From assembly GCA_963663475.2 (NCBI GenBank), contig CAXXJV010000001.1, forward strand, positions 1,952,001 to 2,016,000: a stretch of DNA of 64,000 nucleotides, in the 5' to 3' direction. The notes below the pieces were generated by a model that was given only the letters and a program-made list of their open reading frames with translations, was not told the DNA's origin and did not search any database. The DNA comes from Candidatus Cloacimonadales bacterium. GTDB taxonomy: Bacteria; Cloacimonadota; Cloacimonadia; Cloacimonadales; JAFGVF01. A program made the translations under genes and the position numbers. Below, one piece after another: positions 41,816 to 53,000 of this stretch. Numbering within the stretch: the stretch's first letter is position 1; the number at the start of each line of letters is the position of its first letter.

Positions 41816-41878
41816 ATCCTTCCTTTACACTCTTTCGATGAAAGTCCAGGTTTCATCGAAAGAGTGTAAAGGAAGGAT
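41816..41878. repeat. Perfect 28-bp-arm palindrome (related copy at 63286-63360)
   Basis: atccttcctttacactctttcgatgaaa-gtccagg-tttcatcgaaagagtgtaaaggaaggat. Confidence 0.85.
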
Positions 41879-42013
41879 TAATGATGGATAGGGAGAAAAT
41901 ATATATCTTTGTGGTCTCACTCATATTTTTCTCTTAAAATTAAATTCTTATTTTATCCCAGCCTAAATATTCTTCTTTTCATTAGATTTGACTAAGATAA
42001 AAATATAATAAGA

Positions 42014-42712
42014 TTATTTTATATTCGTTTCAAAATACTTTAGAGCAGCCACTTGCCATTGAGAGAAATCTGAAGTCATATAATAAAGTACTCTACAATG
42101 CTTTCTGAAATTTCTTAGCTCATCATCAGAGAGATCTTTTCCATAAATTAAGTAGATTTTGGATTGGTCTAGAAATCTTTCAGGAGCTTCTAGTAATTTC
42201 TCTTTGGGAATATTTATAGCCTGATCAATCGCCCCTTTCACGTATAAGTCAGAATCCCTTAAATCTATTATTTGCAGATTCTTCTTGTAGAAATCTATTA
42301 GCTGGAAAGTTTCTGCTGCTATGATATTTTTATTTTCATAATCGAGATGTTTTTCTGGTTTATTTATCAATCCATGGGCAAATAAATCAATATTATAAAG
42401 CTTAGTATCTTCTTGTAAATGAAACTTGAGATTTAGAGAATCAAAAATGCACAGGAAATCGTAGGATATCTTTAAAGATAAATTATGACTCTGGCCAGGA
42501 GATAATGACTTGATAAACTTATCAATAACCTTAACTCCTCAGCCACCATCGATTCTCTCTATAGTAATTTCAGAATCACTTTGATTAGTCACTTGGAAAG
42601 TATATAACTCAGATTCTTGATTAACTAAACGCAAAGTGAAAGGTCTTTGCTCATCAGCAAAAACTTGATTTGAAAATAGAAAAACTATTATCAAAAAAAA
42701 ATAAGATTTCAC
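42014..42712 (-). CDS. Putative selenoprotein: signal peptide + DUF1573-like Ig domain (Sec at codon 58) + rhodanese-like domain
   Basis: The frame runs from GTG 42712 to the stop at 42014 with one in-frame TGA (42541-42539) in TNQSDSEITIERIDGG-U-G. A SECIS-like hairpin follows directly. The C-terminus has IIDLRD..LY..GAI..AINIP. Confidence 0.72.
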
Positions 42713-42714
42713 TC

Positions 42715-43419
42715 TTAGAAATTCTCCACTTTATCGAAAATATAAGGTGAGTATGGTCCCATAACTATAGTACCAGCACTATTATATCCTAGGTCCCAAC
42801 TAGTAAGATAAGTGGGGAAGAGGGTTGTTTCTGAAGTTAAATAAGCAACTCCTGGTATTGAAGCACTACAATCTGTGCCTGAGGTTTCTCCAGAAAAATG
42901 GTCTCCGTTCCAATTAAATTCTAATCCACAGCCAGGTTTTAGAGTTAAATCATCTTCACTAATTTGATCAAAATCTTCAGGTGTTTCCCAAGCTCCCACA
43001 TAAGTTGCAGGACTAGGAATAGCATAGATTTCATCTTTTAACTGACCATTTTCTTCAAAGACTCGATAAACTCTTTGTCTGTATGGTGAACTTAACTGAT
43101 CAGCATAAGCTTGTTCTACATAGAGCCAATAGCCATTGTCTGTGGATAGGTGATCCCAAATTCTAACCATTTTCAATCTAACATCAACATGGTAAGGATC
43201 AGTGGAAGTTGCAGCTTGTTCCTCACTAGAAAAAGAACCGGTCATGTAATCGATTAATAATTCAAGACTGCCTGATTCATCTTGTGAAAAAGTAATATTT
43301 TCAATCTCATTTATATCAATCTCAATATTTGAACCATCTGTTTTGTTAATTATCATATTAGCAGAAAACAGATTTGCACATAGCGTAAGTATCATTAATA
43401 TTTTTATAAATTTTTTCAT
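42715..43419 (-). CDS. Secreted CpcT/CpeT-like (T-type bilin lyase fold) protein with a small N-terminal beta domain
   Basis: Signal peptide; G.FSS..QA, WLYVEQA...PYRQRVYR, GC.L and SWD.G motifs. Confidence 0.75.
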   Translation of the reverse strand: MKKFIKILMILTLCANLFSANMIINKTDGSNIEIDINEIENITFSQDESGSLELLIDYMTGSFSSEEQAATSTDPYHVDVRLKMVRIWDHLSTDNGYWLYVEQAYADQLSSPYRQRVYRVFEENGQLKDEIYAIPSPATYVGAWETPEDFDQISEDDLTLKPGCGLEFNWNGDHFSGETSGTDCSASIPGVAYLTSETTLFPTYLTSWDLGYNSAGTIVMGPYSPYIFDKVENF

Positions 43420-43428
43420 TTTATTCTC

Positions 43429-43878
43429 CTATTTGATTACTATCATTTTTTTTACAATTGATCTATCTTCATGAGTTAAAGAGTAGAAATATACCCCACT
43501 GGCAACTTGTTTATTATCATCATTTTTGCCATTCCATACAAACTCATGTCTTCCAGAATCAAGATTTTTATTTACTAACTGTCTTACTTTTTGCCCTTTC
43601 AAATTGTATATTTCCAATTTGCTTTTACCTTTACTATTCAACTCAAAAGCGATTGTTGTTCTAGGATTAAAAGGATTAGGGTAGTTTTTCAAGAACTTAA
43701 CAGGGATTGAATTGACTATAGTAGTCATATCTTCAATCGATACGTCTTCTGAGAAAGAAATATTAGCAATCTCAGAAAGGTCAAAAGAATATGTTTCGTT
43801 GCTTGTTTCTATGGTAATAGTTTCAGCAAATATATTTGAAACAAGAAGCAAGCAAATCAAAAAACAGAATTTTTTCAT
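43429..43878 (-). CDS. Small secreted protein: ~25-aa beta domain plus C-terminal sorting domain
   Basis: Signal peptide, ITIETSNETYSFDLSEIANISFS, then NYPNPFNP...VASGVYFY. Confidence 0.85.
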   Translation of the reverse strand: MKKFCFLICLLLVSNIFAETITIETSNETYSFDLSEIANISFSEDVSIEDMTTIVNSIPVKFLKNYPNPFNPRTTIAFELNSKGKSKLEIYNLKGQKVRQLVNKNLDSGRHEFVWNGKNDDNKQVASGVYFYSLTHEDRSIVKKMIVIK

Positions 43879-44003
43879 TTATCCTCCACTTTTAGGCAAG
43901 AATTTAGATTAACACTGTTAAGTCAAGAAATTTTACTCTTTCTCTCTAATAAAAAATGGAAACTGTTCAACTATCAAGCTATTCTTCCCAATAGTTTATC
44001 TTT

Positions 44004-44325
44004 AACAAAAATAATGCAGTAGGACTTTGCGAATAGGAGAATATAGTGCTGTTCACAAAGGTCTACTGCATTATTAGGATTATATGAAGAGTGACGGGAC
44101 TTGCTCACGGAGTAGCGACTTCCGACACTCTTCACCCGAAGTCCCTTGCCTACGGCTGAGGAACTCCGGTCTCCAACAAAAAGCAGGCTCAAGTTCAAGT
44201 CAGGGATTTTTGATGAATCAATATAGTAATGAAATATTTTCATTTTCCTATATTATTCCCACCAGACTTGAACTTGAGCCGAATCTATATTATACGCCTT
44301 AAAATTCTGTAACTTACTTTGCTAA
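44004..44325. repeat. Cluster of four long hairpins, partly MITE-related
   Basis: Stems at 44010-44075, 44085-44134, 44136-44169 and 44186-44280. The first stem and 44286-44325 resemble the MITE family. Confidence 0.6.
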
Positions 44326-45774
44326 GACTAATTTTCTTGTTAAAGAATGATTGTTTTGTTTAATTCTGTAGAAATATAAAGCAGAAGTGCACTTCTTACC
44401 TTCATTATTCTCACCATTCCAGATTATCTTATGATCTCCAGAACTTGCATAATCAGCTAAAAGGGTCTTGACTAACTGACCTTTCAGGTTAAAAATCTGG
44501 ATACTAGTTTGTCCATTTTCAGGTAAAGAATAAGTGATAGTAGTTTCTGGGTTGAATGGATTTGGATATGCCAAAGCTGTAATTGAAGGAGCAAGATAAG
44601 TAACATCATTATCAACATTTGGAACATTATAGTATAAAGGATAGATTTGATTTTCAGAGTAGTAGACATATAATCCATCTATTGTTAGAAAAATAATAGT
44701 ATCTGTACCATCAATTTGATATAGGCCTTTAATTAGAGAAGTAACATCATAACCATTAACTAAAGTAGTAAAAGTAGCTCCATAATCTACACTTTTCTTA
44801 ATTTGATAATTATCACAGGCATAAAGTGTACCTGGATTTTGAGCATCAATATCTAAACAGTTAAGACCTATACCATTATAACTACTTAGAGGAATCCAGT
44901 TAAATCCATTATCAGTAGATTTCATTATCTTCCATCTAGAGCTGGTTACTGAAAAACAATTAGCATAAATTAAACCATTTCCACAGAAAATAAAGTCATT
45001 ATTACCATTTAAAGCAATATACTCATACCAATCCATACCACTTGTACTATCAACAAGACTGGTAGTTAATCCACGATCTTCTGATCTATATAGTTTGCCA
45101 TCATCTTTAGCAAAGAACATTATGTTATTATTTTCTGGATGAACATCTTTCAAAAGCATGTTAGTAAGAGCTTGATGGTTGAGATTAAGTAATTGTGACC
45201 ATGTTTTACCATTATCGCCAGTTTGATAAATAAATTGGTCATTAGCTGGTCCACCGTATTCATGTTCGTAGGATACATAAATAATATCTTCACAATCTTT
45301 GATGATATTATGAATATAGTTTCTAGGTGAAGTAACAAATTCTTCAGGAAAGAAGATTAAATTAGTATTAAATTCAGTAATATTATCACTTGTAGCCCTA
45401 TAGATAAAATCGTAATAAGTTACAGGTTCGTCATAGTATCTCTTTAGTAAGAGTAGTAAGTTATCATTTAAATCTTTCACAAATGATCTGGTCCCGTATG
45501 ATCTTAAACTCTCTTGACTATAATAATAACCAGGAATTGAGTAGCAATTTGCCTCATCACTTATATAAGCATATGTCCCATTAAAAGAGATATCCAATTT
45601 GTCTAGATTAGCATCTCTATCACCATAAAACTCAGGATACTCATTGTAGCCAACGTAGATTTTTAATAAATCATTTTCTTCAATTACAGGAAAAATTTTA
45701 GAGTAACTTCTAGTAGCAAAAAGACAGCTAGTAATTGCCAAGATTGAGATAACTAGTAGCATTTTAAATTTCAT
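44314..45774 (-). CDS. Secreted Asp-box (BNR) beta-propeller protein with C-terminal sorting domain
   Basis: Asp boxes TGDNGKTW, SEDRGLT, STDNGFNW and SVDYGATF; AYPNPFNP domain. Confidence 0.82.
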   Translation of the reverse strand: MKFKMLLVISILAITSCLFATRSYSKIFPVIEENDLLKIYVGYNEYPEFYGDRDANLDKLDISFNGTYAYISDEANCYSIPGYYYSQESLRSYGTRSFVKDLNDNLLLLLKRYYDEPVTYYDFIYRATSDNITEFNTNLIFFPEEFVTSPRNYIHNIIKDCEDIIYVSYEHEYGGPANDQFIYQTGDNGKTWSQLLNLNHQALTNMLLKDVHPENNNIMFFAKDDGKLYRSEDRGLTTSLVDSTSGMDWYEYIALNGNNDFIFCGNGLIYANCFSVTSSRWKIMKSTDNGFNWIPLSSYNGIGLNCLDIDAQNPGTLYACDNYQIKKSVDYGATFTTLVNGYDVTSLIKGLYQIDGTDTIIFLTIDGLYVYYSENQIYPLYYNVPNVDNDVTYLAPSITALAYPNPFNPETTITYSLPENGQTSIQIFNLKGQLVKTLLADYASSGDHKIIWNGENNEGKKCTSALYFYRIKQNNHSLTRKLVLAK

Positions 45775-45929
45775 AGCTTCCTCCAGAAGGCTTAGTAAGT
45801 TAATATATTACAATAATGTTTATTTATTTAATGAGTGTCAAGTAATATTATTAAAATTAAAAAATATTTATCTATTTAATAGCAAATCTAGTATTCTAAT
45901 CTAACAAAATACTTTTCCATATTGATAAT

Positions 45930-47120
45930 TTATTCTTTTTTTACTCCACATGAACTACAAAAATCACCACAGACATAACTTTTAGAATTGCATTCTGAGC
46001 AAATCTCAACCTGTTTAGTGCCACAAAATGGACAGTAATCAAGCTTGTCTGGTAGTCTTTTCCCACATTCAAAACAAGCTGAATTGCTCAATCTTTTTTG
46101 CTGAAGTCTTTTCTTATTAAATATTTTTTTCTGGATTATATATATCAGGAAAATAGCAAATAACACTGCTAAGAGAATTAAAATATAATGCCAAATGGCT
46201 ACAAGGTGAAGGGCTTTTAAAGTCTCAAATACTTTTTTAAAAAAATACTGGGGAATGAGCTCTAATAGTAGATTAATAAATTTTAAGAAAATTGGAATTG
46301 AAACTACCACTAGTAGATGACTCGAAATCAATAACTGAAGTCCAGAATCTTTCATAATGCTTTTCTGATTCCAAAAATAGATAAAGATAAAAAGTGGTAT
46401 TAGAAATAGCATTTGCCAGCCAAACTTCTTATATTTATACCAAAATTTAAAACTTTCTACTTCCTTCTCTAAATTTTTAATTTCTTGGCTATTAAAAGCT
46501 TGAACATAGTTGAAAAGTTCAGTTACTTTCCCCTCATTATAAATTTTCTTATCAAGCTCATTTAATTCTGAAGTAAGCTTTTCAAATTTGTCAGATTGAT
46601 TTTGACTTGATGTCATTATCGACGGTTTATTTTGAGGATTATTCTTTTTAGAAATATTAGAAAGCAGAGCATTCTGACTTATTACTCTAGATTTACTTGC
46701 TTTTAGATTTAAGGACTCAATTTCTTTTTGTATCTTCCTTCTTTGCATAAAGAAGTCATTAACCTGCGTGTCATCATAGATTAGATCTAACTTATTATAA
46801 AACTCTCTACAAACAGGATGCATTCTCTTGACTTCTAAATTTTTACTATAGTCATATAAGATATAGCCTTGTAATCTATCTATTTCATTGCTAGATGTCC
46901 AGTTTTGCTTAATGAAGATTTCACGGCAATTGTAAGGGAAATATTGGTTAGGAGATGTTAGTTGTTGAGTATGTTCTCCTAAACCCGTAAAGATGACACT
47001 TAAGACAAAGATATCTAAAAAGATAATAACAATTAGAGAAAGGATTCCTAAAGGCTCTTTATCCTTTAATTTAGTTAAATTCTCTTTAAATTCTACAATG
47101 CTTTTTGCTAATTTCTTCAT
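45930..47120 (-). CDS. Membrane protein with C-terminal double zinc ribbon
   Basis: About four TM segments and four CxxC pairs at the C-terminus. Confidence 0.8.
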   Translation of the reverse strand: MKKLAKSIVEFKENLTKLKDKEPLGILSLIVIIFLDIFVLSVIFTGLGEHTQQLTSPNQYFPYNCREIFIKQNWTSSNEIDRLQGYILYDYSKNLEVKRMHPVCREFYNKLDLIYDDTQVNDFFMQRRKIQKEIESLNLKASKSRVISQNALLSNISKKNNPQNKPSIMTSSQNQSDKFEKLTSELNELDKKIYNEGKVTELFNYVQAFNSQEIKNLEKEVESFKFWYKYKKFGWQMLFLIPLFIFIYFWNQKSIMKDSGLQLLISSHLLVVVSIPIFLKFINLLLELIPQYFFKKVFETLKALHLVAIWHYILILLAVLFAIFLIYIIQKKIFNKKRLQQKRLSNSACFECGKRLPDKLDYCPFCGTKQVEICSECNSKSYVCGDFCSSCGVKKE

Positions 47121-47421
47121 CTTCTACTCCTTATAAAATAATTTATAATGTTAACTTTTAATTAAATAAATAGTTAGTCAAGGATTTATTTATTTTAATA
47201 CAATGGCATATTAACAAACTTAAACAATTTCTGCAAATTATAGATATAAAGCAATTTTTCTTGACATTTATTTCAGATAAGTCAAAATTATAAAAATATT
47301 GCAATTGATTTTTTTAATGATTAAAAAAACTACTTATTGTCATTCTACATGAAGACTGGGATAAGGTATAAGATAAAATATAAATCTTGCATAAGTAAAC
47401 TTGAAAGGACAAAGCTAGATA

Positions 47422-48669
47422 ATGCTCTATTATGAAAGAAAAAACTACTGGTTAATGATAATTATTGCCTTAGGGATGATGCTCCTAGGAATAGTAAGTG
47501 ATGGGTTTATTAACAGTTTTCAAGGTTTCTTGAATCTTCAAACTCACGCAGCTAGATTAATAAACGATTTTACTGTTGTGGGAGGAGTAGGAGGAGCTCT
47601 GCTAAATGCTGGATTTATGGGACTTCTTACCCTTATTATGGTGAGATTCTGTGATATAAGTCTCTCCGGACCTACTATAGCTGCTTTCTTTACAATTGTA
47701 GGCTTTAGCCTTTTTGGAAAAACACCTCTAAACACCTTACCAATAGTCATAGGAGTCTTCATCGCTAGCAGGGTAAGTGGTAAATCTTTTAGTTCTTATA
47801 TACTTTTTGCCCTCTTTGGAACAGCTCTTGGCCCCCTAGTAAGTTATGCAATTTTTGAAGCAGGTTTTACTGGTATTATTGGCATTCTTATGGGCTTATT
47901 CTTTGGCGTTCTAGCAGGATTTATTCTTCCTGGCTTAGGCATGGCCATGCTGAGAATGCATGAAGGATTTAACCTCTATAATATGGGCCTTACTTGTGGT
48001 TTTTTAGCTTTATTCTTTGCTTCATTTTTAGTAGGATTCCAGAAAGATTTAAGCATAAAAATCATATGGGGAAGTCAAAACCATCTCGGCCTTACTTTAC
48101 TTACTCCCATAATATCCTTAATTTTGGTGATCTGGGGAGCCCTAATGGATGGTCCTAAACTCAAACAAAATTTGGCCAATATTATGAAATTATCAGGCAG
48201 ACTTCCAACTGATTTCATGTTCTCTGTATCACCAGGTTCTGCCTTAGTTAATGCAGGTTTACTAGGACTAATAGCTAGTCTCTATATATATTTAATCAAG
48301 GCTCCTTTCAATGGACCAGTCATTGGAGGTCTTTTCACAGTTATTGGTTTTGCTGCTTTTGGTAAACATTTAAAGAATTGTTGGCCTACAGCCCTAGGTG
48401 TTGTTATTGCAACTTTAGTATTTGGTAAAACCTTAAATGCTCCAGGTCCTGTTTTAGCCTTTCTTTTTGTTACAACTCTAGCGCCTCTAAGTGGTGAATT
48501 TGGCCCACTAATCGGTCTTGCTGCTGGATTTGTACATTTGGCAATAGTTGAAAGAACTGCTGCCTGGCATGGTGGCTTAGATTTATATAATAATGGTTTT
48601 GCAGGTGGCTTAACAGCTACTCTATTCTTAGCAATTATACAGTGGTTCAAAGGAACAAAAAAAAGATAA
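47422..48669 (+). CDS. DUF1576-like polytopic membrane protein
   Basis: Two internal repeats ending H.G..LYN.G; GFSLFGK and GFAAFGK motifs. Confidence 0.75.
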   Translation: MLYYERKNYWLMIIIALGMMLLGIVSDGFINSFQGFLNLQTHAARLINDFTVVGGVGGALLNAGFMGLLTLIMVRFCDISLSGPTIAAFFTIVGFSLFGKTPLNTLPIVIGVFIASRVSGKSFSSYILFALFGTALGPLVSYAIFEAGFTGIIGILMGLFFGVLAGFILPGLGMAMLRMHEGFNLYNMGLTCGFLALFFASFLVGFQKDLSIKIIWGSQNHLGLTLLTPIISLILVIWGALMDGPKLKQNLANIMKLSGRLPTDFMFSVSPGSALVNAGLLGLIASLYIYLIKAPFNGPVIGGLFTVIGFAAFGKHLKNCWPTALGVVIATLVFGKTLNAPGPVLAFLFVTTLAPLSGEFGPLIGLAAGFVHLAIVERTAAWHGGLDLYNNGFAGGLTATLFLAIIQWFKGTKKR

Positions 48670-48681
48670 GGAGAAGATCTC

Positions 48682-49089
48682 ATGCAGAGTAAAGAATACT
48701 TACTTCATATTATTGGAGAGATATCAAACTATATTTTGGATTCAAAACCTAGTAGAATGGTGGTAAGTCTTCACCAAGAAGATGATGGAATGCATTTAGC
48801 TGTTGTTGATAATACTGTTCGAACAGATAGTGAATTAGAAGAGATTAATAGAAATCTAAATACAGGAACCAGACCAGAATTTGCTGAATACTATGGCACT
48901 ATGGGAGGAAGTGATATGTTGGGAACAGCTAGACTTAATCTTATAGGTTGGCAAATTAAACACGCCGATGTTAGCAGAACTCTTAACGGAACAAAGATTG
49001 ATTTATGGGTAGGAAGTGACCGTTTTGATGCTTCTTATTTCAGTATCCCAAACCATGTAGTGAAGGAGAATACTAAAAAGAAAAAATAG
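48682..49089 (+). CDS. Hypothetical protein
   Basis: 135-aa ORF with AGGAG RBS, in an operon with its neighbours. Confidence 0.7.
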   Translation: MQSKEYLLHIIGEISNYILDSKPSRMVVSLHQEDDGMHLAVVDNTVRTDSELEEINRNLNTGTRPEFAEYYGTMGGSDMLGTARLNLIGWQIKHADVSRTLNGTKIDLWVGSDRFDASYFSIPNHVVKENTKKKK

Positions 49090-49106
49090 GATAAAGGGCA
49101 AAAGTT

Positions 49107-49697
49107 ATGAGAGATAATATTGTTTTTGAAACTGAAAGATTAGTTATTAGAAAAGCTCAAAATACTGAAAGTGATATAGATAATTTTTATAATCTCTGGA
49201 ATAATCCTAAGGTTATGCAGTTAGTAGGATTTCCTAATGGACTTGGTATATCTCGTTTAGAAATACAAAATATATTTGCAAAAAATGCAAGATGTGAGTA
49301 TGATTCTAGGTTAGTGGTTACTGAAAAAGAGACTGGTTATTTTATCGGAGAATGTAAATTAGGAAGTCCTGATATAAAAGGAATCTCAGAAACAGATGTT
49401 AAACTTCTGCCTGAATTTCAAGGTCAAGGCTTTGGAAAGGAGATTAAACAAGGATTATGTCACTATCTTTTTTCTAATACTAAATGTCAAATAGTGCAAG
49501 CAACTCCAAATAAACTAAATATTGCTTCCCAAAAAATGCAAGAATTCTGTGGTGGAAAGAAAGTCGGGGAAAAAATATGGCAGGCACCTAAAGACTCTAC
49601 TATCTTGCGCACAGATGTTCATGCCTTTATATATCACATTCACAAACATGATTTTTATAAAATATTTGATAAACTTAATAAAAACAAGGATAAATAA
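49107..49697 (+). CDS. GNAT N-acetyltransferase (RimJ/RimL-like)
   Basis: FETERLVIR, PEFQGQGFGKE and NIASQK motifs. Confidence 0.85.
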   Translation: MRDNIVFETERLVIRKAQNTESDIDNFYNLWNNPKVMQLVGFPNGLGISRLEIQNIFAKNARCEYDSRLVVTEKETGYFIGECKLGSPDIKGISETDVKLLPEFQGQGFGKEIKQGLCHYLFSNTKCQIVQATPNKLNIASQKMQEFCGGKKVGEKIWQAPKDSTILRTDVHAFIYHIHKHDFYKIFDKLNKNKDK

Positions 49698-50048
49698 TTA
49701 TATTATGAAAATCTAAGTGATTATGAAAAAAGAGTCCTTTCAGAGTGTTGCCAAAGTCAACTTCTCTGAGTTTTAGCCTCTTTTTACAAAAGATATTGCG
49801 ACTTTAATAAAATTTCTAAATTACCTAGATGTATCTTAGTTTCTGAGATAATTCAAGAATTGGTGGATTTATCAACAGCCTCTTATCAAGTATTGCTTTT
49901 TACAAGCAAGCTAATAATTAATATTATAATGTGAAAAATATTGCAATTAAGGCTATTTAATAATTATTATAAAAATTCATTTGACAAGTTATATAAATTT
50001 TCTATAATTTGTTAAAAAATCGATAATTAAGTTATAAGCCTATTTTCA

Positions 50049-53000
50049 TTGATAAAATTAGGAGGTCTCTTGGATAATGAAATTAAAAAACCTTGCTGTT
50101 ATGTTGCTATAGGTGCTTCTGCTGGTGGTCTAGAGGCAATAGAATTATTCTTTGCAAAAGTACCACGAAAAACAGGAATTGCTTTTATAGTTATCCAACA
50201 TCTTTCTCCAGATTACAAAAGCTTAATGGTAGAACTCTTATCAAAGAAAACTAAAGTTAGAGTTAAAAGAGCTGATGATAACGAAGAAGTTCACCCCGAT
50301 ACAATCTATTTAATACCTCCCAGAAAAAACTTAAAAATTTTTCATAACAAGTTGATTCTTACAGAACAAGACCATTCCCGTGGCATAAACTTACCTATAG
50401 ATATATTTTTTAGATCTTTAGCTGAGGATCAAAAAGACAATATTATAGGTGTGATTCTTTCTGGAACTGGAAGTGATGGCGTTAGAGGTATTCGGGCAGT
50501 TAAAGAGGCTGGCGGATTAATTATGATTCAATCTCCAGAATCTGCTAAATTCGATGGAATGCCTAGAGCTTCTATTTCAACTGGTTTAGCAGATTTTATT
50601 CTAACAGCTCCTGAAATGCCAGAGAAAATAATTTCTTTTATTAATAATCCTTATACTGATAAAATAAATAAAGATAAGCTATTGGCTACTGATGAAGAAA
50701 GATTAAATAGAATATTTGCCCTTTTGAGAGAAAAATCAAAAGTCGATTTTACTTACTATAAGCCATCCACAGTTATTAGAAGAATAGAGAGACGTTTAAC
50801 TGTAAATCAAATGAACAATATTCAAGAGTATGTAAATTATCTTGAACAAAATTCTTCTGAAATATCTATTCTTTACAGGGAACTATTAATTGGCGTTACA
50901 AGTTTCTTTAGGAATAATGAAATCTATGATGAAATAGCAAATATTCACCTAGAAAATATTCTTAAAAACAATAAGGATAAGCAAGTAAGATTGTGGGTGG
51001 CAGGTTGCTCTACTGGAGAAGAGGCTTATTCCTTAGCAATATTAGTTAAAGAGAAGATTATTGCTTTAAAAGAAAATGTTGATGTAAAAATTTTTGCCAC
51101 AGATATTGATAAAGAAGCAATAATCTATGCAGGAACAGGTGAATATCCTGAAAGTATTGCCGCTGATGTATCTATTGACTATCTCACTAAATATTTCACT
51201 AAGCAAGGTGGATACTATAAAATATCAAGATCTATAAGAGAAATGGTTGTTTTTGCACAACATAATCTAGTGAAAGACCCTCCTTTTACCAACATAGATT
51301 TCATAAGCTGTAGAAACTTATTAATTTATTTTCAACCTATTCTGCAAAAAAGAGTCATGGAAATGTTTAATTTCTCTTTAAAAAGTAATGGTATTATGTG
51401 GTTAGGAACAAGTGAAACTATTGGTGATGCAATCGATTATTTCAAAATAATTAATCATAAAGCAAAGATATTTCAGTCAAAGGGACGGAAAATACCCAAC
51501 AATGCTAATAGGTTAAGAAATGAACCTTACTCAATATCAATTCTCAAGGATAGTAGGCATTATTCTTCTAATAAAAACATGTTGAGATTTACTGACCAAG
51601 AAAAAATATTTGAAAGATATCTAGAATCTTTGTCTGGTAGATTAATTGATTTATCATTAATTGTAAATGAGCAATTTGAAATAGTCCATATTATTGGTGA
51701 TTCGTCAGAATATTTTAAACTTCCTGTAGGTAAACTAGTTAACGATATTTCAAAGATGGCTATAAAAGAGATATCTATCCCGATAACAACAGGCTTACAA
51801 AAGGTCTTTACTTATGGTAAGGAAGTCAAGTACTCGCATCTCAAGATAGCTAAAGGCTCTAAAGAAACCATTATTTCTATTAACATTTTTATGTTACCCA
51901 CAAAATCGAATCAAGAACTTCTATGTGCGATCTTAATTAATAAAATCAATGATTTAACCTCATCTACATGTCCAGAAGAATCTCAGTACTATGATATTAA
52001 TGAGGAAGCTGAACAGAGAATAAAGGATTTAGAACAAGAATTGCAATTTAATCGAGAAAACTTGCAAGCTACTATTGAAGAACTTGAGACATCTAATGAA
52101 GAATTACAGGCCACAAATGAAGAACTTCTTGCAAGTAACGAAGAATTACAAAGTACTAATGAAGAGTTACAGTCTGTAAATGAAGAACTTTATACAGTCA
52201 ATTCTGAATACCAACTCAAAATAGTTGAGTTAACTGATATGACTAACGATATGGATAATCTTTTTGAACTAACCAATAAAGCAATTATCTTCCTAGATGA
52301 GAATCTGAATATCAGAAAATTTACCCCTCCTACAAAGAATATCTTTAGAATGATTGAAAGTGATATCGGCAGACCTTTAAGTCATATAAACCACACTTTA
52401 GAAATTAATATAATAGATAAATTAAATAAGGTTCTCCTAACTGGACGTACTCTGACTCAAGAAGTTAAAACTATCAATAACCTCTGGTATCTTATGAAAA
52501 TTTCTCCCTATAATATTGGTTATAACACTTCTTCAGGTCTTCTGCTTTCTTTTATTGACATTAATGAACTAAAAGAATATGAAACAAGAATCCTAGATGA
52601 GCAAGCTAAGATAACAAGCTTACAGGAATCATATCCAGTTGGATTAATATATCTACAAGATTATACAATAAGTGGAACTAATAAGCAATTTGCTGATATG
52701 CTTAAGTTTACTCCAGAAGAAATAAGAAACTTAAGCTTGCAGAAGCTCTTTTTCACTAAAGATGAATACGATAATATTGTTAATAGTTTAAAGTCTTTGC
52801 AAATTGGCCATGATTTAACTATCGAAACAATTCTTAAATCAAAAGATAACCAGCAAATCCGAGTACTTCTCAAATGTGCTCTTAATGATGATTCTTCTCA
52901 TAAAAGCAAATTTACTATTGCAATAGTTGATTTATCAAAGAAAATCTCAGCAGAGAAAATGATTACTAGACTTGAATTAGAGCAAGCTGGTCTCATGGAT

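Noticed and set aside
43974-44302. Overlapping ORFs of 89 and 72 aa on opposite strands
   Set aside because: They span a hairpin cluster and lack an RBS or protein-like features.
49705-49935. Second possible TGA read-through frame after the GNAT gene
   Set aside because: No start codon or RBS in that frame, no convincing hairpin after the TGA and no recognisable domain.
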